In this document: positions 1 to 13,845 of the stretch, one piece after another
How the letters are laid out: the number at the start of each line of letters is the position of its first letter
Numbering within the stretch: position 1 is the stretch's first letter
From: Eledone cirrhosa
Taxonomy: Eukaryota
Direction of reading: 5' to 3'
Length of the DNA: 64,000 nt
Assembly (NCBI GenBank): GCA_964016885.1
Contig: CAXHJY010001273.1
Coordinates: 62,001-126,000, forward strand
Notes under the pieces: generated by a model
Databases searched by the model: none
Seen by the model: the letters and a program-made list of their open reading frames with translations, nothing else
Told to the model about the DNA's origin: nothing
Translations under genes and position numbers: made by a program

Positions 1-1099
1 GTGGTGGTGTTGGTGGCATTGGTGACAGTGGTGGTGTTGGTGTTAGTGGTGACAGTGGTGGTGTTGGTGTTAGTGGTGACAGTGGTGGTGTTGGTGGCAG
101 TGGTGACAGTGGTGGTGTTGGTGTTAGTGGTGACAGTGGTGGTGTTGGTGTTAGTGGTGACAGTGGTGGTGTTGGTGTTAGTGGTGGCAGTGGTGGTGTT
201 GGTGTTAGCGGTGACAGTGGTGGTGTTGGTGTTAGTGGTGGCAGTGGTGGTGTTGGTGTTAGTGGTGACAGTGGTGGTGTTGGTGTTAGTGGTGACAGTG
301 GTGGTGTTGGTGGCAGTGGTGATAGTGGTGGTGTTGGTGGCAGTGGTGGCAGTGGTGGTGTTGGTGTTAGTGGTGACAGTGGTGGTGTTGGTGGCAGTGG
401 TGACAGTGGTGGTGTTGGTGGCAGTGTTGGCAGTGGTGGTGTTGGTGTTAGTGGTGGCAGTGATGGTGTTGGTGTTAGTGGTGGCAGTGGTGGTGTTGGT
501 GTTAGTGGTGACAGTGGTGGTGTTGGTGTTAGTGGTGGCAGTGGTGGTATTGGTGTTAGTGGTGGCAGTGGTGGTGTTGGTGTTAGTGGTGGCAGTGGTG
601 GTGTTGGTGTTAGTGGTGGCAGTGGTGGTGTTGGTGTTAGTGGTGACGGTGGTGGTGTTGGTGTTAGTGGTGACAGTGGTGGTGTTGGGGGCAATGGTGG
701 CAGTGGTGGTGTTGCTGTTAGTGGTGGTGTTGGTGTCAGTGGTGACAGTGGTGGTGTTGTTGTTAGTGGTGGCAGTGGTGGTGTTGGTGTTAGTGGTGAC
801 AGTGGTGGTGTTGGTGTTAGTGCTGGCAGTGGTGGTGGTGGTGTTAGTGGTGGCAGTGGTGGTGTTGGTGTTAGTGGTGGCAGTGGTGGTGTTGGTGTCA
901 GTGGTGACAGTGGTGGTGTTGGTGGCAGTGGTGGCAGTGGTGGTGTTGCTGGCAGTGGTGACAGTGGTGGTGTTGGTGTTAGTGGTGGCAGTGGTGGTGT
1001 TGGTGGCAGTGGTGGCAGTGGTGGTGTTGGTGTTAGTGGTGGTGTTGGTGTTAGTGGTGGCAGTGGTGGTATGGTGTTAGTGGTGGCAGTGGTGGTGTC

Positions 1100-4000
1100 G
1101 GTGTTAGTGGTGACAGTGGTGGTGTTGGTGGCAGTGGTGACAGTGGTGGTGTTGGTGTTAGTGGTGACAGTGGTGGTGTTGGTGTTAGTGGTGGTGTTGG
1201 TGTTAGTGGTGGCAGTGGTGGTATGGTGTTAGTGGTGGCAGTGGTGGTGTTGGTGTTAGTGGTGACAGTGGTGGTGTTGGTGTTAGTGGTGGCAGTGGTG
1301 GTGTTGGTGTTAGTGGTAGTGTTGGTGTTAGTGGTGGTATGGTGTTATTGGTGGCAGTGGTGGTGTTGGTGTTAGTGGTGACAGTGGTGGTGTTGGTGTT
1401 AGTGGTGACAGTGGTGGTGTTGGTGGCAGTGGTGACAGTGGTGGTGTTGGTGTTAGTGGTGACAGTGGTGGTGTTGGTGTTAGTGGTGACAGTGGTGGTG
1501 TTGGTGTTAGTGGTGACAGTGGTGGTGTTGGTGGCAGTGGTGACAGTGGTGGTGTTGGTGTTAGTGGTGACAGTGGTGGTGGTGGTGTTAGTGGTGACAG
1601 TGGTGGTGGTGGTGTTAGTGGTGACAGTGGTGGTGTTGGTGTTAGTGGTGGCAGTGGTGGTGTTGGTGTTAGTGGTGACAGTGGTGGTGTTGGTGTTAGT
1701 GGTGGCAGTGGTGGTGTTGGTGTTAGTGGTGACAGTGGTGGTGTTGGTGGCAGTGGTGACAGTGGTGGTGTTGGTGGTAGTGGTGGCAGTGGTGGTGTTG
1801 GTGTTAGTGGTGACAGTGGTGGTGTTGGTGTTAGTGGTGATAGTGGTGGTGTTGGTGGCAGTGGTGGCAGTGGTGGTGTTGGTGTTAGTGGTGACAGTGG
1901 TGGTGTTGGTGGCAGTGGTGACAGTGGTGGTGTTGGTGTTAGTGGTGGCAGTGGTGGTGTTGGTGGCAGTGGTGGTGTTGGTGTTAGTGGTGGTGTTGGT
2001 GTTAGTGGTGGCAGTGGTGGTATGGTGTTAGTGGTGGCAGTGGTGGTGTTGGTGTTAGTGGTGACAGTGGTGGTGTTGGTGGCAGTGGTGACAGTGGTGG
2101 TGTTGGTGTTAGTGGTGACAGTGGTGGTGTTGGTGTTAGTGGTGGCAGTGGTGGTATGGTGTTATTGGTGGCAGTGGTGGTGTTGGTGTTAGTGGTGACA
2201 GTGGTGGTGTTGGTGGCAGTGGTGACAGTGGTGGTGTTGGTGTTAGTGGTGACAGTGGTGGTGTTGGTGTTAGTGGTGACAGTGGTGGTGTTGGTGGCAG
2301 TGGTGACAGTGGTGGTGTTGGTGGCAGTGGTGGTGTTGGTGGCAGTGGTGACAGTAGAGGTGTTGGTGTTAGTGGTGACAGTGGTGGTGTTGGTGGCAGT
2401 GGTGGCAGTGGTGGTGTTGGTGGCAGTGGTGACAGTGGTGGTGTTGGTGGCAGTGGTGACAGTGGTGGTGTTGGTGGCAGTGGTGACAGTGGTGGTGTTG
2501 GTGGCAGTTGTGGCAGTGGTGGCAGTGGTGGTGTTGGTGGCAGTGGTGACAGTGGTGGTGTTGGTGTTAGTGGTGACAGTGGTGGTGTTGGTGGCAGTGG
2601 TGGCAGTGGTGGTGTTGGTGGCAGTGGTGACAGTGGTGGTGTTGGTGTTAGTGGTGACAGTGGTGGTGTTGGTGTTAGTGGTGACAGTGGTGGTGTTGGT
2701 GGCAGTGGTGGTGTTGGTGGCAGTGGTGACAGTGGTGGTGTTGGTGTTAGTGGTGACAGTGTTGGTGTTGGTGGCAGTGGTGACAGTGGTGGAGTTGGTG
2801 TTAGTGGTGACAGTGGTGGTGTTGGTGTTAGTGGTGACAGTGGTGGTGTTGGTGGCAGTGGTGACAGTGGTGGTGTTGGTGGCAGTTGTGGCAGTGGTGG
2901 CAGTGGTGGTGTTGGTGGCAGTGGTGACAGTGGTGGTGTTGGTGGCAGTGGTGACAGTGGTGGTGTTGGTGGCAGTGGTGACAGTGGTGGTGTTGGTGGC
3001 AGTGGTGACAGTGGTGGTGTTGGTGTCAGTGGTGACAGTGGTGGTGTTGGTGTTAGTGGTGACAGTGGTGGTGTTTGTGTTAGTGGTGACAGTGGTGGTG
3101 TTGGTGGCAGTGGTGACAGTGGTGGTGTTGGTGTTAGTGGTGACAGTGGTGGTGTTGGTGTTAGTGGTGACAGTGGTGGTGTTGGTGGCAGTGGTGACAG
3201 TGGTGGTGTTGGTGTTAGTGGTGACAGTGGTGGTGTTGGTGTTAGTGGTGGTGTTGGTGGCAGTGGTGACAGTGGTGGTGTTGGTGGCAGTGGTGGCAGT
3301 GGTGGTGTTGGTGTTAGTGGTGACAGTGGTGGTTTTGGTGTTAGTGGTGACAGTGGTGGTGTTGGGGGGCAGTGGTGACAGTGGTGGTGTTGGTGTTAGT
3401 GGTGACAGTGGTGGTGTTGGTGGCAGTGGTGACAGTGGTGGTGTTGGTGTTAGTGGTGACAGTGGTGGTGTTGGTGGCAGTGGTGACAGTGGTGGTGTTG
3501 GTGTTAGTGGTGGCAGTGGTGGTGTTGGTGTTAGTGGTGACAGTGGTGGTGTTGGTGTTAGTGGTGACAGTGGTGGTGTTGGTGGCAGTGGTGACAGTGG
3601 TGGTGTTGGTGTTAGTGGTGACAGTGGTGGTGTTGGTGGCAGTGGTGACAGTGGTGGTGTTGGTGGCAGTGGTGACAGTGGTGGTGTTGGTGTTAGTGGT
3701 GACAGTGGTGGTGTTGGTGTTAGTGGTGACAGTGGTGGTGTTGGTGTTAGTGGTGACAGTGGTGGTGTTGGTGGCAGTGGTGGCAGTGGTGGTGTTGGTG
3801 TTAGTGGTGACAGTGGTGGTGTTGGTGGCAGTGGTGACAGTGGTGGTGTTGGTGTTAGTGGTGACAGTGGTGGTGTTGGTGGCAGTGATGACAGTGGTGG
3901 TGTTGGTGTTAGTGGTGGCAGTGGTGGTGTTGGTGTTAGTGGTGACAGTGGTGGTATGGTGTTAGTGGTGGCAGTGGTGGTGTTGGTGTTAGTGGTGGTG

Positions 4001-7000
4001 TTGGTGGCAGTGGTGGTGTTGGTGTAAGTGGTGACAGTGGTGGTGTTGGTGTTAGTGGTGACAGTGGTGGTGTTGGCGGCAGTGGTGGTGTTGGTGTTGG
4101 TGTTAGTGGTGACAGTGGTGGTGTTGGTGGCAGTGGTGACAGTGGTGGTGTTGGTGTTAGTGGTGTCAGTGGTGGTGTTGGTGTTAGTGGTGGCAGTGGT
4201 GGTGTTGGTGGCAGTGGTGACAGTGGTGGTGTTGGTGGCAGTGGTGGCAGTGGTGGTGTTGGTGGCAGTGGTGACAGTGGTGGTGTTGGTGGCAGTTGTG
4301 GCAGTGGTGGCAGTGGTGGTGTTGGTGGCAGTGGTGACAGTGGTGGTGTTGGTGGCATTGGTGACAGTGGTGGTGTTGGTGGCAGTGGTGACAGTGGTGG
4401 TGTTGGTGGCAGTGGTGACAGTGGTGGTGTTGGTGTCAGTGGTGACAGTGGTGGTGTTGGTGTTAGTGGTGACAGTGGTGGTGTTGGTGTTAGTGGTGAC
4501 AGTGGTGGTGTTGGTGTTAGTGGTGACAGTGGTGGTGTTGGTGGCAGTGGTGACAGTGGTGGTGTTGGTGTTAGTGGTGACAGTGGTGGTGTTGGTGTTA
4601 GTGGTGACAGTGGTGGTGTTGGTGGCAGTGGTGACAGTGGTGGTGTTGGTGTTAGTGGTGACAGTGGTGGTGTTGGTGTTAGTGGTGGTGTTGGTGGCAG
4701 TGGTGACAGTGGTGGTGTTGGTGGCAGTGGTGGCAGTGGTGGTGTTGGTGTTAGTGGTGGCAGTGGTGGTGTTGGTGGCAGTGGTGACAGTGGTGGTGTT
4801 GGTGTTAGTGGTGACAGTGGTGGTGTTGGTGTTAGTGGTGACAGTGGTGGTGTTGGTGGCAGTGGTGACAGTGGTGGTGTTGGTGTTAGTGGTGACAGTG
4901 GTGGTGTTGGTGTTAGTGGTGACAGTGGTGGTGTTGGGGGGCAGTGGTGACAGTGGTGGTGTTGGTGTTAGTGGTGACAGTGGTGGGGTTGGTGGCAGTG
5001 GTGACAGTGCTGGTGTTGGTGTTAGTGGTGACAGTGGTGGTGTTGGTGGCAGTGGTGACAGTGGTGGTGTTGGTGTTAGTGGTGGCAGTGGTGGTGTTGG
5101 TGTTAGTGGTGACAGTGGTGGTGTTGGTGTTAGTGGTGACAGTGGTGGTGTTGGTGTTAGTGGTGGTGTTGGTGTTCGTTGTGGCAGTGGTGGTATGGTG
5201 TTAGTGATGGCAGTGGTGGTGTTGGTGTTAGTGGTGGCAGTGGTGGTGTTGGTGGCAGTGGTGACAGTGGTGGTGTTGGTGGCAGTGGTGGCAGTGGTGG
5301 TGTTGGTCGCAGTGGTGACAGTGGTGGTGTTGGTGTTAGTGGTGACAGTGGTGTTGTTGGTGGCAGTGGTGACAGTGGTGGTGTTGGTGTTAGTGGTGAC
5401 AGTGGTGGTGTTGGAGTTAGTGGTGACAGTGGTGGTGTTGGTGGCAGTGGTGACAGTGGTGTGTTGGTGTTAGTGGTGACAGTGGTGGTGTTGGTGGCAG
5501 TGGTGACAGTGGTGGTGTTGGTGTTAGTGGTGACAGTGGTGGTGTTGGTGGCAGTGGTGACAGTGGTGGTGTTGGTGGCAGTGGTGACAGTGGTGGTGTT
5601 GGTGTTAGTGGTGACAGTGGTGGTGTTGGTGTTAGTGGTGACAGTGGTGGTGTTGGTGTTAGTGGTGACAGTGGTGGTGTTGGTGGCAGTGGTGGCAGTG
5701 GTGGTGTTGGTGTTAGTGGTGACAGTGGTGGTGTTGGTGGCAGTGGTGACAGTGGTGGTGTTGGTGTTAGTGGTGACAGTGGTGGTGTTGATGGCATTGG
5801 TGACAGTGGTGGTGTTGGTGTTAGTGGTGGCAGTGGTGGTGTTGGTGTTAGTGGTGACAGTGGTGGTGTTGGTGGCAGTGGTGACAGTGGTGGTGTTGGT
5901 GTTAGTGGTGGCAGTGGTGGTATGGTGTTAGTGGTGGCAGTGGTGGTGTTGGTGTTAGTGGTGGTGTTGGTGGCAGTGGTGACAGTGGTGGTGTTGGTGT
6001 AAGTGGTGACAGTGGTGGTGTTGGTGTTAGTGGTGACAGTGGTGGTGTTGGTGTTAGTGGTGGCAGTGGTGGTGTTGGTGTTAGTGGTGACAGTGGTGGT
6101 GTTGGTGTTAGTGGTGGCAGTGGTGGTGTTGGTGTTAGTGGTGGTGTTGGTGTTAGTGGTGGTGTTGGTGTTAGTGGTGGCAGTGGTGGTATGGTGTTAT
6201 TGGTGGCAGTGGTGGTGTTGGTGTTAGTGGTGGCAGTGGTGGTGTTGGTGTTAGTGGTGGCAGTGGTGGTGTTGGTGTTAGTGGTGGTGTTTTTGTTAGT
6301 GGTGACAGTGGTGGTGTTGGTGGCAGTGGTGGCAGTGGTGGTGTTGGTGGCAGTGGTTGCAGTGGTGGTGTTGGTGGCAGTGGTGACAGTGGTGGTGTTG
6401 GTGTTAGTGGTGACAGTGCTGGTGTTGGTGTTAGTGGTGGCTGTGGTGGTGTTGGTGTTAGTGGTGACAGTGGTGGTGTTGGTGGCAGTGGTGACAGTGG
6501 TGGTGTTGGTGCTAGTGGTGACAGTGGTGGTGTTGGTGTTAGTGGTGACAGTGGTGGTGTTGGTGGCAATGGTGATAGTGGTGGTGTTGGTGGCAGTGAT
6601 GGCAGTGGTGGTGTTGGTGTTAGTGGTGACAGTGGTGGTGTTGGTGTTAGTGGTGACAGTGGTGGTGTTGGTGTTAGTGGTGACAGTGGTGGTGTTGGTG
6701 TTAGTGGTGACAGTGGTGGTGTTGGTGGCAGTGGTGACAGTGGTGGTGTTGGTGTTAGTGGTGACAGTGGTGGTGTTGGTGTTAGTGGTGGCAGTGGTGG
6801 TGTTGGTGTTAGTGGTGACAGTGGTGGTGTTGGTGTTAGTGGTGGCAGTGGTGGTGTTGGTGTTAGTGGTGACAGTGGTGGTGTTGGTGTTAGTGGTGAC
6901 AGTGGTGGTGTTGGTGGCAATGGTGATAGTGGTGGTGTTGGTGGCAGTGATGGCAGTGGTGGTGTTGGTGTTAGTGGTGACAGTGGTGGTGTTGGTGTCA

Positions 7001-10000
7001 GTGGTGGCAGTGGTGGTGTTGGTGTTAGTGGTGACAGTGGTGGTGTTGGTGTTAGTGGTGACAGTGGTGGTGTTGGTGGCAGTGGTGGTAGTGGTGGTGT
7101 TGGTGTTAGTGGTGACAGTGGTGGTGTTGGTGTTAGTGGTGACAGTGGTGGTGTTGGTGTTAGTGGTGGCAGTGGTGGTGTTGGTGTTAGTGGTGACAGT
7201 GGTGGTGTTGGTGTTAGTGGTGACAGTGGTGGTGTTGGTGGCAGTGGTGAAAGTGGTGGTGTTGGTGTTAGTGGTGACAGTGGTGGTGTTGGTGTTAGTG
7301 GTGAAAGTGGTGGTGTTGGTGTTAGTGGTGACAGTGGTGGTGTTGGTGTTAGTGGTGACAGTGGTGGTGTTGGTGTTAGTGGTGACAGTGGTGGTGTTGG
7401 TGGCAGTGGTGACAGTGGTGGTGTTGGTGTTAGTGGTGACAGTGGTGGTGTTGGTGGCAGTGGTGACAGTGGTGGTGTTGGTGTTAGTGGTGACAGTGGT
7501 GGTGTTGGTGTTAGTGGTGGTGTTGGTGTTAGTGGTGGCAGTGGTGGTATGGTGTTAGTGGTGGCAGTGGTGGTGTTGGTGTTAGTGGTGACAGTGGTGG
7601 TGTTGGTGTTAGTGGTGGCAGTGGTGGTGTTGGTGTTAGTGGTAGTGTTGGTGTTAGTGGTGGTATGGTGTTATTGGTGGCAGTGGTGGTGTTGGTGTTA
7701 GTGGTGACAGTGGTGGTGTTGGTGTTAGTGGTGACAGTGGTGGTGTTGGTGGCAGTGGTGACAGTGGTGGTGTTGGTGTTAGTGGTGACAGTGGTGGTGT
7801 TGGTGTTAGTGGTGACAGTGGTGGTGTTGGTGTTAGTGGTGACAGTGGTGGTGTTGGTGGCAGTGGTGACAGTGGTGGTGTTGGTGTTAGTGGTGACAGT
7901 GGTGGTGGTGGTGTTAGTGGTGACAGTGGTGGTGGTGGTGTTAGTGGTGACAGTGGTGGTGTTGGTGTTAGTGGTGGCAGTGGTGGTGTTGGTGTTAGTG
8001 GTGACAGTGGTGGTGTTGGTGTTAGTGGTGGCAGTGGTGGTGTTGGTGTTAGTGGTGACAGTGGTGGTGTTGGTGGCAGTGGTGACAGTGGTGGTGTTGG
8101 TGGTAGTGGTGGCAGTGGTGGTGTTGGTGTTAGTGGTGACAGTGGTGGTGTTGGTGTTAGTGGTGATAGTGGTGGTGTTGGTGGCAGTGGTGGCAGTGGT
8201 GGTGTTGGTGTTAGTGGTGACAGTGGTGGTGTTGGTGGCAGTGGTGACAGTGGTGGTGTTGGTGTTAGTGGTGGCAGTGGTGGTGTTGGTGGCAGTGGTG
8301 GTGTTGGTGTTAGTGGTGGTGTTGGTGTTAGTGGTGGCAGTGGTGGTATGGTGTTAGTGGTGGCAGTGGTGGTGTTGGTGTTAGTGGTGACAGTGGTGGT
8401 GTTGGTGGCAGTGGTGACAGTGGTGGTGTTGGTGTTAGTGGTGACAGTGGTGGTGTTGGTGTTAGTGGTGGCAGTGGTGGTATGGTGTTATTGGTGGCAG
8501 TGGTGGTGTTGGTGTTAGTGGTGACAGTGGTGGTGTTGGTGGCAGTGGTGACAGTGGTGGTGTTGGTGTTAGTGGTGACAGTGGTGGTGTTGGTGTTAGT
8601 GGTGACAGTGGTGGTGTTGGTGGCAGTGGTGACAGTGGTGGTGTTGGTGGCAGTGGTGGTGTTGGTGGCAGTGGTGACAGTAGAGGTGTTGGTGTTAGTG
8701 GTGACAGTGGTGGTGTTGGTGGCAGTGGTGGCAGTGGTGGTGTTGGTGGCAGTGGTGACAGTGGTGGTGTTGGTGGCAGTGGTGACAGTGGTGGTGTTGG
8801 TGGCAGTGGTGACAGTGGTGGTGTTGGTGGCAGTTGTGGCAGTGGTGGCAGTGGTGGTGTTGGTGGCAGTGGTGACAGTGGTGGTGTTGGTGTTAGTGGT
8901 GACAGTGGTGGTGTTGGTGGCAGTGGTGGCAGTGGTGGTGTTGGTGGCAGTGGTGACAGTGGTGGTGTTGGTGTTAGTGGTGACAGTGGTGGTGTTGGTG
9001 TTAGTGGTGACAGTGGTGGTGTTGGTGGCAGTGGTGGTGTTGGTGGCAGTGGTGACAGTGGTGGTGTTGGTGTTAGTGGTGACAGTGTTGGTGTTGGTGG
9101 CAGTGGTGACAGTGGTGGAGTTGGTGTTAGTGGTGACAGTGGTGGTGTTGGTGTTAGTGGTGACAGTGGTGGTGTTGGTGGCAGTGGTGACAGTGGTGGT
9201 GTTGGTGGCAGTTGTGGCAGTGGTGGCAGTGGTGGTGTTGGTGGCAGTGGTGACAGTGGTGGTGTTGGTGGCAGTGGTGACAGTGGTGGTGTTGGTGGCA
9301 GTGGTGACAGTGGTGGTGTTGGTGGCAGTGGTGACAGTGGTGGTGTTGGTGTCAGTGGTGACAGTGGTGGTGTTGGTGTTAGTGGTGACAGTGGTGGTGT
9401 TTGTGTTAGTGGTGACAGTGGTGGTGTTGGTGGCAGTGGTGACAGTGGTGGTGTTGGTGTTAGTGGTGACAGTGGTGGTGTTGGTGTTAGTGGTGACAGT
9501 GGTGGTGTTGGTGGCAGTGGTGACAGTGGTGGTGTTGGTGTTAGTGGTGACAGTGGTGGTGTTGGTGTTAGTGGTGGTGTTGGTGGCAGTGGTGACAGTG
9601 GTGGTGTTGGTGGCAGTGGTGGCAGTGGTGGTGTTGGTGTTAGTGGTGACAGTGGTGGTTTTGGTGTTAGTGGTGACAGTGGTGGTGTTGGGGGGCAGTG
9701 GTGACAGTGGTGGTGTTGGTGTTAGTGGTGACAGTGGTGGTGTTGGTGGCAGTGGTGACAGTGGTGGTGTTGGTGTTAGTGGTGACAGTGGTGGTGTTGG
9801 TGGCAGTGGTGACAGTGGTGGTGTTGGTGTTAGTGGTGGCAGTGGTGGTGTTGGTGTTAGTGGTGACAGTGGTGGTGTTGGTGTTAGTGGTGACAGTGGT
9901 GGTGTTGGTGGCAGTGGTGACAGTGGTGGTGTTGGTGTTAGTGGTGACAGTGGTGGTGTTGGTGGCAGTGGTGACAGTGGTGGTGTTGGTGGCAGTGGTG

Positions 10001-13000
10001 ACAGTGGTGGTGTTGGTGTTAGTGGTGACAGTGGTGGTGTTGGTGTTAGTGGTGACAGTGGTGGTGTTGGTGTTAGTGGTGACAGTGGTGGTGTTGGTGG
10101 CAGTGGTGGCAGTGGTGGTGTTGGTGTTAGTGGTGACAGTGGTGGTGTTGGTGGCAGTGGTGACAGTGGTGGTGTTGGTGTTAGTGGTGACAGTGGTGGT
10201 GTTGGTGGCAGTGATGACAGTGGTGGTGTTGGTGTTAGTGGTGGCAGTGGTGGTGTTGGTGTTAGTGGTGACAGTGGTGGTATGGTGTTAGTGGTGGCAG
10301 TGGTGGTGTTGGTGTTAGTGGTGGTGTTGGTGGCAGTGGTGGTGTTGGTGTAAGTGGTGACAGTGGTGGTGTTGGTGTTAGTGGTGACAGTGGTGGTGTT
10401 GGCGGCAGTGGTGGTGTTGGTGTTGGTGTTAGTGGTGACAGTGGTGGTGTTGGTGGCAGTGGTGACAGTGGTGGTGTTGGTGTTAGTGGTGTCAGTGGTG
10501 GTGTTGGTGTTAGTGGTGGCAGTGGTGGTGTTGGTGGCAGTGGTGACAGTGGTGGTGTTGGTGGCAGTGGTGGCAGTGGTGGTGTTGGTGGCAGTGGTGA
10601 CAGTGGTGGTGTTGGTGGCAGTTGTGGCAGTGGTGGCAGTGGTGGTGTTGGTGGCAGTGGTGACAGTGGTGGTGTTGGTGGCATTGGTGACAGTGGTGGT
10701 GTTGGTGGCAGTGGTGACAGTGGTGGTGTTGGTGGCAGTGGTGACAGTGGTGGTGTTGGTGTCAGTGGTGACAGTGGTGGTGTTGGTGTTAGTGGTGACA
10801 GTGGTGGTGTTGGTGTTAGTGGTGACAGTGGTGGTGTTGGTGTTAGTGGTGACAGTGGTGGTGTTGGTGGCAGTGGTGACAGTGGTGGTGTTGGTGTTAG
10901 TGGTGACAGTGGTGGTGTTGGTGTTAGTGGTGACAGTGGTGGTGTTGGTGGCAGTGGTGACAGTGGTGGTGTTGGTGTTAGTGGTGACAGTGGTGGTGTT
11001 GGTGTTAGTGGTGGTGTTGGTGGCAGTGGTGACAGTGGTGGTGTTGGTGGCAGTGGTGGCAGTGGTGGTGTTGGTGTTAGTGGTGGCAGTGGTGGTGTTG
11101 GTGGCAGTGGTGACAGTGGTGGTGTTGGTGTTAGTGGTGACAGTGGTGGTGTTGGTGTTAGTGGTGACAGTGGTGGTGTTGGTGGCAGTGGTGACAGTGG
11201 TGGTGTTGGTGTTAGTGGTGACAGTGGTGGTGTTGGTGTTAGTGGTGACAGTGGTGGTGTTGGGGGGCAGTGGTGACAGTGGTGGTGTTGGTGTTAGTGG
11301 TGACAGTGGTGGTGTTGGTGGCAGTGGTGACAGTGCTGGTGTTGGTGTTAGTGGTGACAGTGGTGGTGTTGGTGGCAGTGGTGACAGTGGTGGTGTTGGT
11401 GTTAGTGGTGGCAGTGGTGGTGTTGGTGTTAGTGGTGACAGTGGTGGTGTTGGTGTTAGTGGTGACAGTGGTGGTGTTGGTGTTAGTGGTGGTGTTGGTG
11501 TTCGTTGTGGCAGTGGTGGTATGGTGTTAGTGATGGCAGTGGTGGTGTTGGTGTTAGTGGTGGCAGTGGTGGTGTTGGTGGCAGTGGTGACAGTGGTGGT
11601 GTTGGTGGCAGTGGTGGCAGTGGTGGTGTTGGTCGCAGTGGTGACAGTGGTGGTGTTGGTGTTAGTGGTGACAGTGGTGTTGTTGGTGGCAGTGGTGACA
11701 GTGGTGGTGTTGGTGTTAGTGGTGACAGTGGTGGTGTTGGAGTTAGTGGTGACAGTGGTGGTGTTGGTGGCAGTGGTGACAGTGGTGTGTTGGTGTTAGT
11801 GGTGACAGTGGTGGTGTTGGTGGCAGTGGTGACAGTGGTGGTGTTGGTGTTAGTGGTGACAGTGGTGGTGTTGGTGGCAGTGGTGACAGTGGTGGTGTTG
11901 GTGGCAGTGGTGACAGTGGTGGTGTTGGTGTTAGTGGTGACAGTGGTGGTGTTGGTGTTAGTTGTGACAGTGGTGGTGTTGGTGTTAGTGGTGACAGTGG
12001 TGGTGTTGGTGGCAGTGGTGGCAGTGGTGGTGTTGGTGTTAGTGGTGACAGTGGTGGTGTTGGTGGCAGTGGTGACAGTGGTGGTGTTGGTGTTAGTGGT
12101 GACAGTGGTGGTGTTGATGGCATTGGTGACAGTGGTGGTGTTGGTGTTAGTGGTGGCAGTGGTGGTGTTGGTGTTAGTGGTGACAGTGGTGGTGTTGGTG
12201 GCAGTGGTGACAGTGGTGGTGTTGGTGTTAGTGGTGGCAGTGGTGGTATGGTGTTAGTGGTGGCAGTGGTGGTGTTGGTGTTAGTGGTGGTGTTGGTGGC
12301 AGTGGTGACAGTGGTGGTGTTGGTGTAAGTGGTGACAGTGGTGGTGTTGGTGTTAGTGGTGACAGTGGTGGTGTTGGTGTTAGTGGTGGCAGTGGTGGTG
12401 TTGGTGTTAGTGGTGACAGTGGTGGTGTTGGTGTTAGTGGTGGCAGTGGTGGTGTTGGTGTTAGTGGTGGTGTTGGTGTTAGTGGTGGTGTTGGTGTTAG
12501 TGGTGGCAGTGGTGGTATGGTGTTATTGGTGGCAGTGGTGGTGTTGGTGTTAGTGGTGGCAGTGGTGGTGTTGGTGTTAGTGGTGGCAGTGGTGGTGTTG
12601 GTGTTAGTGGTGGTGTTTTTGTTAGTGGTGACAGTGGTGGTGTTGGTGGCAGTGGTGGCAGTGGTGGTGTTGGTGGCAGTGGTTGCAGTGGTGGTGTTGG
12701 TGGCAGTGGTGACAGTGGTGGTGTTGGTGTTAGTGGTGACAGTGCTGGTGTTGGTGTTAGTGGTGGCTGTGGTGGTGTTGGTGTTAGTGGTGACAGTGGT
12801 GGTGTTGGTGGCAGTGGTGACAGTGGTGGTGTTGGTGCTAGTGGTGACAGTGGTGGTGTTGGTGTTAGTGGTGACAGTGGTGGTGTTGGTGGCAATGGTG
12901 ATAGTGGTGGTGTTGGTGGCAGTGATGGCAGTGGTGGTGTTGGTGTTAGTGGTGACAGTGGTGGTGTTGGTGTTAGTGGTGACAGTGGTGGTGTTGGTGT

Positions 13001-13845
13001 TAGTGGTGACAGTGGTGGTGTTGGTGTTAGTGGTGACAGTGGTGGTGTTGGTGGCAGTGGTGACAGTGGTGGTGTTGGTGTTAGTGGTGACAGTGGTGGT
13101 GTTGGTGTTAGTGGTGGCAGTGGTGGTGTTGGTGTTAGTGGTGACAGTGGTGGTGTTGGTGTTAGTGGTGGCAGTGGTGGTGTTGGTGTTAGTGGTGACA
13201 GTGGTGGTGTTGGTGTTAGTGGTGACAGTGGTGGTGTTGGTGGCAATGGTGATAGTGGTGGTGTTGGTGGCAGTGATGGCAGTGGTGGTGTTGGTGTTAG
13301 TGGTGACAGTGGTGGTGTTGGTGTCAGTGGTGGCAGTGGTGGTGTTGGTGTTAGTGGTGACAGTGGTGGTGTTGGTGTTAGTGGTGACAGTGGTGGTGTT
13401 GGTGGCAGTGGTGGTAGTGGTGGTGTTGGTGTTAGTGGTGACAGTGGTGGTGTTGGTGTTAGTGGTGACAGTGGTGGTGTTGGTGTTAGTGGTGGCAGTG
13501 GTGGTGTTGGTGTTAGTGGTGACAGTGGTGGTGTTGGTGTTAGTGGTGACAGTGGTGGTGTTGGTGGCAGTGGTGAAAGTGGTGGTGTTGGTGTTAGTGG
13601 TGACAGTGGTGGTGTTGGTGTTAGTGGTGAAAGTGGTGGTGTTGGTGTTAGTGGTGACAGTGGTGGTGTTGGTGTTAGTGGTGACAGTGGTGGTGTTGGT
13701 GTTAGTGGTGACAGTGGTGGTGTTGGTGGCAGTGGTGACAGTGGTGGTGTTGGTGTTAGTGGTGACAGTGGTGGTGTTGGTGGCAGTGGTGACAGTGGTG
13801 GTGTTGGTGTTAGTGGTGACAGTGGTGGTGTTGGTGTTAGTGGTG
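1100..13845. repeat. Higher-order tandem duplication, period 6,326 bp (two near-identical copies)
   Basis: ORF pairs offset by exactly 6,326 (1339/7665, 2156/8482, 3372/9698, 4028/10354, 5179/11505, 6191/12517) with essentially identical translations; only two differences noticed (~4986 vs ~11312; ~5636 vs ~11962). Confidence 0.92.
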
